From contig JBDRGQ010000016.1 of assembly GCA_043817685.1 (NCBI GenBank), positions 1-48,757 of the forward strand: a stretch of DNA of 48,757 nucleotides, in the 5' to 3' direction. The position numbers and the translations under genes were made by a program. The notes beneath the pieces are model-generated. The model was not told the origin of the DNA and searched no databases. It was given only the letters and a program-made list of their open reading frames with translations. Below are positions 42,355-48,757 of the stretch, piece by piece (positions within the stretch are counted from its first letter, which is position 1; each line of letters opens with the position of its first letter). Source of the stretch: a bacterium (lineage in GTDB: Bacteria; Patescibacteriota; Minisyncoccia; Minisyncoccales; RBG-13-42-11).

Positions 42355-42464
42355 AGGTAGATGAAGGTGAGAATCACCGCTCGGGAGGAAGGGGGTTAGA
42401 ATGCCGAGCTGGTTCAGCGAGGCGAGAGATGATGATTACCTCATCGAACACCTCTCTGCCCACA
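42355..42464 (+). other. tRNA-Tyr-derived fold-back element
   Basis: Ends with a 19/21-identical copy of the tRNA-Tyr 3' end and begins with a degenerate inverted copy of it. Confidence 0.7.
42403..42448 (+). repeat. Two-hairpin REP-like element, copy F
   Basis: GCCGA GCTG gtt CAGC GAGGCGAGA GATGA tgattacc TCATC GA. Confidence 0.75.
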
Positions 42465-42469
42465 AGTCA

Positions 42470-42541
42470 GCCAGAGTAGTTCAGTGGTAGAACGCTTTCT
42501 TGGTAAGAAAGAGGTCATGGGTCCAATTCCCATCTCTGGCT
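42470..42541 (+). tRNA. tRNA-Thr(GGT)
   Basis: GCCAGAG/CTCTGGC acceptor stem, CTTTC-TTGGTAA-GAAAG anticodon arm. Confidence 0.93.
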
Positions 42542-42569
42542 CAGTAAAGATAATTTATCAGAAAAACAT

Positions 42570-42734
42570 ATGGCAACAAAAAAGAAACCTTATATAAAAA
42601 TGCAGTGTGCGGAATGCAAAAGAGTCAATTATTTCACTTCTAAATCTAAAAAAATAGTGGAGGAAAAATTAGAGTTGAAAAAATTCTGTAAGTGGTGCAG
42701 AAAACACACTGTGCATAAAGAAGGGAAGAAATAA
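42570..42734 (+). CDS. rpmG: 50S ribosomal protein L33, Zn-binding form (not in ORF track)
   Basis: MATKKKPYIKMQCAECKRVNYFTSK...KLELKKFCKWCRKHTVHKE. Confidence 0.96.
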   Translation: MATKKKPYIKMQCAECKRVNYFTSKSKKIVEEKLELKKFCKWCRKHTVHKEGKK

Positions 42735-42741
42735 GAAAAAC

Positions 42742-42813
42742 GGGGGTGTAGTGAAATGGCTATCATTCAAATCTCCAAAATTTGCGTTCTAGGTTCGAAT
42801 CCTAGCACCCCCG
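42742..42813 (+). tRNA. tRNA-Trp(CCA)
   Basis: GGGGGTG/CACCCCC acceptor stem, CAAAT-CTCCAAA-ATTTG anticodon arm. Confidence 0.93.
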
Positions 42814-42820
42814 CAAAATT

Positions 42821-43159
42821 ATGAAAAAATTCCGATTAAGAGAACAAAAGATTTTATACGGCATTCCAATTGCTATTTTTTCCTTTGAAATATATTTAGG
42901 AATACTTATAGGTTATTTTATGGCCAATTTTTGTTCTCCAAGAATAAACTCATTAGTCTTTAATATAGGATCCTACAAGCTTCATTTGCATCATTGGATG
43001 TTAGGTTTAGCCGGTCTAATTCTTGTTGTTAATTTGAATTTTTCTTCCTTGCCTTTATATTTTTCTTCGGGATTTTGTGGGGGATTAATTTTTCAAGGCG
43101 TATCTTGTTATAAAGATTGGAATAAAATATTAGTTAAAAATATTAATAACACAATATGA
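42821..43159 (+). CDS. Small membrane protein with HLHHW motif
   Basis: Three hydrophobic segments; YKLHLHHWMLG. Confidence 0.7.
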   Translation: MKKFRLREQKILYGIPIAIFSFEIYLGILIGYFMANFCSPRINSLVFNIGSYKLHLHHWMLGLAGLILVVNLNFSSLPLYFSSGFCGGLIFQGVSCYKDWNKILVKNINNTI

Positions 43160-44694
43160 AGAAAAAAATAATCATTGCGACAATAATAATTTTGGCCGTT
43201 ATTATTATTTTTCAAATATTTTCAGGTAACGGGAAAGAAGAATTTAAGACCGTGAAAGTTGAAAGAGGGGACGTGTTTAGCGAGGTGACGGAAACCGGAC
43301 AAGTCCAAAAAGGAGATAAGATAAGTCTTTCTTTTAAAAACTCCGGCAAGGTCAGTGCAATTTACGTCAAAACAGGGGATGAGGTCCAAAGAGGAACTTT
43401 GTTGATGAAGCTGGACACTTCCACTTTGTCTTTACAATTAAAAGAATCTCAAGCCGTTCTTAATCTGGCTCAAGTTAAGCTGGATAAACTGATTGTCGGG
43501 CTGACTCCAGAAGAAATACAGAAATACCAAACAGCAGTAAACAACAAAGAAATAGCTTTAGATGTTGCAAAACAATCTCTTTTGAGCGCTAACGAAGATG
43601 CTTTAAACACTTTGGAAGATTCTTATTTAAAATCTTACAACGCTTATATAACGGTTGATGATATCCAGATAACTTATTTTAAAAAAATAGACCAGGAAGG
43701 AATAATTATCAGAGAGAATAAAGACAATATGCTAATAGCGCTTAATGGAATCAAATCTTCTTTGGACACGGCCAAAAATTATCTCACTCAGATAGAGATA
43801 GATACAGCTTTATCAAATATAAAGACCAGGCTTTCTGAAATAGCTTCTGCTTTGACGGAAATCAGAGGAGTTTGTGAAAGTCCCAATTATAGGAACGATG
43901 TTTCTTCCGCTGATAAAACTTCTTTGGACACCCATAGAGGATATATTAATACAGCTTTATCTAACGTGACTGATGACCAGCAGGCTGTTGCTTCAGCTAA
44001 GTTGGCCATAAATACTGCTCAAGGAAACTTGCAGGCAGCCAAGGATGATTTAGCTTTCGTAACAGCGGATCCCAGGGAAGAAGACATTAGCCTGTGTCAG
44101 AACCAGGTTGATCAGGCCCAAGCCCAAGTGGATGTCTTAAACAGCCAGATTTCAGATTCATATTTAAGAAGTCCGGTAAAAGGACAGGTAACAAAGATAA
44201 TGAAAAGGGTTGGGGAATTGGCCCAGGCAGCTCTTCAAGACACAGCAGCTGTCGTATTGCCCGCAGATCCCTACAAGATAGAGGTTAACGTATATGAAGA
44301 AGATGTTGTTAATGTCGTTGTGGGAAATCCTGTAGAAATAATGCTAGTCGCTTTTCCAGATAAGCTTTTTGCTGGAAAGGTAATATCCATTGATCCTGCA
44401 GAGATAATGGTTGATGAGGTGGTTTATTACAAAACTATAATAGAGTTTGATGAAACTCCAGAAGATTTAAGGCCCGGCATGACAACTGATTTAAACATCA
44501 GAACAGACTTAAGGGAGAATGTTTTAACTTTAGACGAAGATGCTATCCAAAAAAAAGATGGGAAAACAATAGTTGAAGTTTTAAAGGAAGGAGAGGTCAA
44601 AGAAAGAGAAGTATCAATAGGTTTGAAGGGTAATAATAATTTGGTAGAAGTTATTTCTGGGCTGGAAGAAGGGGAAGAAGTAATTTTAAGGTAA
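43156..44694 (+). CDS. Efflux adaptor / membrane-fusion protein (MacA/HlyD-like)
   Basis: TM anchor, lipoyl halves VKTGDEVQRG and LRSPVKG, long coiled coil, LRPGMT, ISGLEEGE. Confidence 0.9.
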   Translation: MKKKIIIATIIILAVIIIFQIFSGNGKEEFKTVKVERGDVFSEVTETGQVQKGDKISLSFKNSGKVSAIYVKTGDEVQRGTLLMKLDTSTLSLQLKESQAVLNLAQVKLDKLIVGLTPEEIQKYQTAVNNKEIALDVAKQSLLSANEDALNTLEDSYLKSYNAYITVDDIQITYFKKIDQEGIIIRENKDNMLIALNGIKSSLDTAKNYLTQIEIDTALSNIKTRLSEIASALTEIRGVCESPNYRNDVSSADKTSLDTHRGYINTALSNVTDDQQAVASAKLAINTAQGNLQAAKDDLAFVTADPREEDISLCQNQVDQAQAQVDVLNSQISDSYLRSPVKGQVTKIMKRVGELAQAALQDTAAVVLPADPYKIEVNVYEEDVVNVVVGNPVEIMLVAFPDKLFAGKVISIDPAEIMVDEVVYYKTIIEFDETPEDLRPGMTTDLNIRTDLRENVLTLDEDAIQKKDGKTIVEVLKEGEVKEREVSIGLKGNNNLVEVISGLEEGEEVILR

Positions 44695-44695
44695 A

Positions 44696-45391
44696 ATGGC
44701 GGAAAATCCAATAATCAAATTAGAAGAAGTCTGGAAGATTTATAAATTAGGCAAAACAGAAGTAAACGCTCTTAGAGGATTAAACCTTGAAATTTCACAA
44801 GGTGATTTTGTCGCTATTATGGGTTCTTCTGGTTCTGGCAAATCAACCCTTTTGAATATGGTAGGATGTTTGGATGTTCCAACAAAAGGAAAGGTTTATT
44901 TGAAAGGAAAAGATATTTCTAGCATGTCAGAATCTCAGCTTTCTCAATTCAGGGGGAAAGTAGTTGGTTTTGTTTTCCAAGAGTTTAATCTGCTTCCGAA
45001 TTTAGACGCTTTGCAAAATGTAATGCTTCCCATGATTTTTCAGGGAGTATCTTTATCGGAAAGGAAAATAAAAGCAGAAGAGATTTTGACTACGGTTGGA
45101 CTGAAAGAAAGAATATTCCATCAGGCTGTAGAACTTTCAGGGGGAGAAAGGCAAAGGGTAGCGCTAGCTAGAGCTTTTTCTAACGACCCTGAAGTTATTA
45201 TCGCAGACGAACCTACTGGCAACTTAGATTCAACCACTGGTAAAATGATAATGGATTATTTAACAAAGCTTCACAGGGAAAGAGGGAAAACAATGATAAT
45301 TGTAACTCATGATCACAAAGTGGCTGAATATGCAAAATCAATAGTAAATATTGAAGACGGGAGAATAATTCAAAACGGAGTAAACGTATAA
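44696..45391 (+). CDS. ABC transporter ATP-binding protein (MacB/LolD-like)
   Basis: GSSGSGKST, LSGGERQR, ADEPTGNLD. Confidence 0.95.
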   Translation: MAENPIIKLEEVWKIYKLGKTEVNALRGLNLEISQGDFVAIMGSSGSGKSTLLNMVGCLDVPTKGKVYLKGKDISSMSESQLSQFRGKVVGFVFQEFNLLPNLDALQNVMLPMIFQGVSLSERKIKAEEILTTVGLKERIFHQAVELSGGERQRVALARAFSNDPEVIIADEPTGNLDSTTGKMIMDYLTKLHRERGKTMIIVTHDHKVAEYAKSIVNIEDGRIIQNGVNV

Positions 45392-45395
45392 TAGT

Positions 45396-46625
45396 ATGGA
45401 AATAATTGGTGAATACTTTTTTATAGCTATAAGAAGCATAAAAACAAGATTTTTAAGAAGTTTGCTTACGGTTTTAGGAATCATAATGGGAGTATTTTTA
45501 ATTATTGCCCTGTTTTCCATTAGTGAAGGATTGAAAACAACTATTGACCAGCAGCTTCAGTCTTTGGGCGGAGAAATGGTTATGATTATGCCGGGCTCAG
45601 AAGACGATTTATTCTCTTCGATGATATTTGGCGGAGAAATTTTACAAAAAGAAGATATTGAAGCTATCAAGAAAGCAAGATATGTGGATGAAGTTATTGG
45701 TTATTCTTTTACTGGTACGGTTGCAAGGTTTGAAGGAGAGGCTAAACAGCTTGGAATGTCTGGTTATGATCCTTGGCCGGAAGTTTTGGATATTATGGAT
45801 ATTTTTCAAGGATGGAGTTTATCGTCCGGAAGATGGCCACAAAAAGGGAATGAGATATTGGCTGGTAGCCGAATAGAAACAGAGATGTTTTCCAAAAAAG
45901 TAAAAGCTGGTTCTGAAATAACAATAAAAGGAAAAAGATTTATAATAACAGGAATACTTAATTCTTTGGGTAGCCAGCAAGACGATAGTATGATTTATAT
46001 GGACATGGAAACTTTCCAAGATTTAACTGGAGAAAAAAGAGGGACAGCAGCTTATGCTATGGCTACTTTTGAAGATGGCATAGCGGATGCCGTAGTGGCA
46101 GCAGAAATAAAGGAAAGTTTAGCCGAGACAAGAAAAAGAAGATCTGGTACCGACGAAGCTGATTTTTCCGTTATAACTTCAGATAAAATGGGAGAAATAA
46201 CAGGTGAGATTCTCGGGATTATCCAAACTGTTATCATTATTCTAGGAGGAGTGGCTGTTATTGTCGGAGGAATAGGAATTACAAACAGCATGTTCACTTC
46301 TGTCAGAGAAAGGACGAGAGAGATAGGGATAATGAAAGCCATAGGAGCCACCAATTCAGCTGTTCTTTCGATATTTTTAATAGAAGCTGGGATAATAGGA
46401 ATTCTAGGAGGAGTCGGAGGTTTGATTTTAGGATCTATTACAGCTTTGTCTATAAATTATTATTCTTCTACTAACCCTTCTTTTTACTTAACCGCGACTA
46501 TCGCTCCTTGGATGGTAATTTTTTCTCTGTTTTTCTCATTTTTCATAGGATGCTTGGCTGGGTTTTTTCCGGCCAAAAAAGCTTCTAGTCTAAAGCCTGT
46601 AGACGCCTTAAGAAGGTATGAGTAA
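45396..46625 (+). CDS. ABC transporter permease (MacB/FtsX family)
   Basis: RSLLTVLGI, SVRERTREIGIMKAIGA, PAKKASSLKPVDALRRYE. Confidence 0.93.
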   Translation: MEIIGEYFFIAIRSIKTRFLRSLLTVLGIIMGVFLIIALFSISEGLKTTIDQQLQSLGGEMVMIMPGSEDDLFSSMIFGGEILQKEDIEAIKKARYVDEVIGYSFTGTVARFEGEAKQLGMSGYDPWPEVLDIMDIFQGWSLSSGRWPQKGNEILAGSRIETEMFSKKVKAGSEITIKGKRFIITGILNSLGSQQDDSMIYMDMETFQDLTGEKRGTAAYAMATFEDGIADAVVAAEIKESLAETRKRRSGTDEADFSVITSDKMGEITGEILGIIQTVIIILGGVAVIVGGIGITNSMFTSVRERTREIGIMKAIGATNSAVLSIFLIEAGIIGILGGVGGLILGSITALSINYYSSTNPSFYLTATIAPWMVIFSLFFSFFIGCLAGFFPAKKASSLKPVDALRRYE

Positions 46626-47136
46626 GTTAGAAGTTAAAAAATATCCTGATCCGGTATTGAGGAAAAAATCAGAAGAGGTGAAAGAAATAACTCCGGAAAT
46701 TAGAAAACTTATAGAAGAAATGGTTTTGGTTTTGGAGAAAGACAAAGGAGTTGGTTTGGCCGCTCCTCAAGTAGGTGTTTCCAAAAGAATAATAGTGTTT
46801 GAAACAGGAGAAGGAGTTACGGTTTTAATAAATCCCCAAATAGTCAAAAAAGGAAAAAAGCAATTTATGGATATGGAAGGATGTCTTAGTTTTCCTAATA
46901 TTTGGGTCAAGATTAAAAGACCAGAAAGAATAGAAATAGAAGCCCAGGATTTGTTGGGAAGGAAAATACAAATGGGAGCTTCTATGATGGTTTCCAGAGT
47001 ATTGCAGCACGAATTGGATCACCTAGACGGTATACTTTTCATAGATAAGATTAATTTTATGGAGAAGTTAAAGATTAGGGATAAACTGAATAAATTAAAA
47101 AATAAATATGACTCTAATCGAAAATCTGATAAGTGA
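46618..47136 (+). CDS. def: Peptide deformylase
   Basis: GVGLAAPQ, EGCLS, QHELDHLDG. Confidence 0.97.
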   Translation: MSKLEVKKYPDPVLRKKSEEVKEITPEIRKLIEEMVLVLEKDKGVGLAAPQVGVSKRIIVFETGEGVTVLINPQIVKKGKKQFMDMEGCLSFPNIWVKIKRPERIEIEAQDLLGRKIQMGASMMVSRVLQHELDHLDGILFIDKINFMEKLKIRDKLNKLKNKYDSNRKSDK

Positions 47137-47713
47137 AGGATGGCTCAAGGATCCCAGAATAATTAAAGCTTTCAAGGAGATAGAAAGAAAAGATTTTTTG
47201 TCGGAAGATTTTAAGGATGCATCAGAATTGAATACAGCTTTACCTATTGGTTTTGAACAAACGATTTCTCAGCCTCAGGTAGTAGTTTTTATGTTGGAAT
47301 TATTGGAAGTTAGAGAGGAGAATAATGTTTTGGATGTCGGGTCTGGTTCCGGCTGGACAAGTAGTCTTTTGGCAAGTTTGGTTGGGGAAAAGGGTAGGGT
47401 AACCGCTGTTGAAATTATTCCAGAGCTCAAAGAATTAGGGAAAAAAAACGCTTCCAAGTATAATTTTAAAAACATTGAATTTGTTTTAGCGGATGGGTCA
47501 AAAGGATATGAAAAAAAGGCCCCCTTTGATAAAATATTAGTATCAGCTACTACAGAAAAAGTTCATGATTCTTGGAAAGAACAGTTGAAGATCGGAGGAA
47601 CTTTAGTTTTTCCAATGCATTCCTCAATTTGGAAATATTCCAAAAGAAATAATGGAGAATTTGAGAAAGAAGAGTATCCTGGATATGTTTTCGTTCCTTT
47701 AGTCAAAAACTAA
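47108..47713 (+). CDS. pcm: Protein-L-isoaspartate O-methyltransferase
   Basis: QTISQP, VLDVGSGSGW, APFDKI, FVPLV. Confidence 0.93.
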   Translation: MTLIENLISEGWLKDPRIIKAFKEIERKDFLSEDFKDASELNTALPIGFEQTISQPQVVVFMLELLEVREENNVLDVGSGSGWTSSLLASLVGEKGRVTAVEIIPELKELGKKNASKYNFKNIEFVLADGSKGYEKKAPFDKILVSATTEKVHDSWKEQLKIGGTLVFPMHSSIWKYSKRNNGEFEKEEYPGYVFVPLVKN

Positions 47714-47730
47714 TAAATTTGTTTTTCAAC

Positions 47731-47770
47731 AAAAAACTACCAAAATAAGTTTGGTAGCTTTTTGTTCTTT
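47731..47770. terminator. Bidirectional terminator
   Basis: CTACCAAA...TTTGGTAG stem flanked by A and T runs, between convergent genes. Confidence 0.7.
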
Positions 47771-47774
47771 ATTT

Positions 47775-47969
47775 TTATCCCAAAATAATTTTTCCCTTAG
47801 ATTCAAGTTTATGCATGAAATATTGTATATCTGTGATTCTATATACTCTGTAGTTATTAATAGGGTTACGGAGCGATTTTAGCATACTTCTTTTATCCCA
47901 ATTTCTTAGGGTCTGAGTTGTCACATGAAGCATCTTAGCAGTTTCTCTTAGTGTTAAATATTTAGACAT
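47775..47969 (-). CDS. Small MerR-type / excisionase-like HTH protein
   Basis: YLTLRETAKMLHVTTQTLRNWD...RNPINNYRVY. Confidence 0.88.
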   Translation of the reverse strand: MSKYLTLRETAKMLHVTTQTLRNWDKRSMLKSLRNPINNYRVYRITDIQYFMHKLESKGKIILG

Positions 47970-47976
47970 TTTTGTA

Positions 47977-48019
47977 TTTTATAATGTTTTATAATGTTGT
48001 TTTATAAGGTTTTATTAGG
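47977..48019. repeat. Four 10-bp direct repeats upstream of the HTH gene
   Basis: TTTTATAATG x2, TTTTATAAGG, TTTTATTAGG. Confidence 0.65.
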
Positions 48020-48218
48020 TTTAGTTATTTTAACAAAGAAATAATTATTGTCAAATTTCTTCAAGCCGTACAAATAGATAATAAGCAATTTTAGTAACAA
48101 ATTATAAATTTATAAATTATTTTTATTTCTCTAAAAACGAGATAATGTTAATTTTAAAGTTAATTTGAGATTTCCACAGTTTTTTCTTGACAATAGTTAC
48201 GAATAGAAAGAAAATATA

Positions 48219-48251
48219 ATAATCTATCCGATTTCATATCGGATAGATTAT
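48219..48251. repeat. Perfect 14-bp inverted repeat
   Basis: ATAATCTATCCGAT-ttcat-ATCGGATAGATTAT. Confidence 0.85.
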
Positions 48252-48265
48252 AAAGCTAAAAATAA

Positions 48266-48757
48266 ATGAAGCAGAGGAACAAAAAAACAAATAAAAGACA
48301 TCTTAATTCTACAAAACCAAGTGTAGGTTTTATTAATTTATCCGAAGCTTCTAAAATTTCTCCTTATTCTCAAGAATATATCAGTTTATTGGCCAGAAAA
48401 GGAAAATTGTCTGCTCAAAAATTCGGTAGAAATTGGTTTACCACAAAAGAAGCAATAAATAATTATTTAATTGATCAAGGAATAAAAATTATTCTACCTA
48501 AAAACCTTTTTAATACGTCTTATAAAGGAAAGATTAATAAGCCTTTTTATTTTTCTAATGAAGAATTTATAAATTCTCCTCAGGAAGAAAATGAAAATAT
48601 TTATAATAATCCTAAAATTGTTTTTGCGCAGATGGGAATAAAGGATAATCTTTCTGATCAATCAGATCAATCAGATGATCAATCCAAAAAAGAAGAAGTT
48701 TTTAATTATTTTCAAACAAATGTAAAAGAAGAAGAAAAAAAGAAAGAAGAAGAAGAA
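48266..48757 (+). CDS. Protein with N-terminal HTH_17/excisionase-like domain (runs off window)
   Basis: Open frame MKQRNKK...INLSEASKISPYSQEYISLLARKGKLSAQKFGRNWFTT, then low-complexity acidic linker. Confidence 0.8.
   Translation, partial: MKQRNKKTNKRHLNSTKPSVGFINLSEASKISPYSQEYISLLARKGKLSAQKFGRNWFTTKEAINNYLIDQGIKIILPKNLFNTSYKGKINKPFYFSNEEFINSPQEENENIYNNPKIVFAQMGIKDNLSDQSDQSDDQSKKEEVFNYFQTNVKEEEKKKEEEE

Noticed and set aside
41994-42377. 127-aa minus-strand ORF and the many other antisense ORFs in the track
   Set aside because: Shadows of tRNA-Tyr/trmD or of confidently identified genes
42355-42464. Functional tRNA, tRNA-Sec or intact prophage attR
   Set aside because: No proper anticodon or D arm; only 148 bp between the repeats and no integrase; reported as a fold-back element instead
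48170-48178. DnaA-box-like ATTTCCACA (also TTTTCCCCA near 11337) suggesting oriC
   Set aside because: Isolated imperfect matches, no cluster and no dnaA/dnaN nearby

Overview
AT-rich bacterial chromosomal segment read with the standard code 11 (TGA acts as stop; tRNA-Trp has anticodon CCA). Gene content and style (short pheT/proS/thrS/miaB, rpsP-khpA-trmD without rimM, a DUF5667-like protein, PEGA protein, housekeeping genes without Shine-Dalgarno sites) point to Patescibacteria/Parcubacteria; this is inference. Most of the window is housekeeping: rpsI end, two mreB, holB, frr, rseP, proS, gatCA/gatB, pheST, gyrB, secE-nusG-rplK, miaBA, thrS, dnaE, rnhB, rpmF, nusB, rnc, rpsP, khpA, trmD, rpmG, def, pcm, six tRNAs. 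It also holds a dTMP/folate cluster, a solo Cas4 and a MacAB-like exporter. The most unusual signals are non-coding. (1) A dispersed REP-like two-hairpin repeat (6 full, about 3 partial copies) has covarying stems and a GA/GA(A) internal loop, and several copies abut start codons. (2) A tRNA-Tyr-derived fold-back element carries one such repeat. (3) Orphan gene cassettes use TTGACA-N16-TATAA(T/A) promoters with strong SD sites, unlike the N17, SD-less host genes. (4) One of these is a 1.15-kb three-ORF island bracketed by a 14-bp inverted repeat. No CRISPR array, transposase or integrase was seen. All calls are by eye, without database searches.
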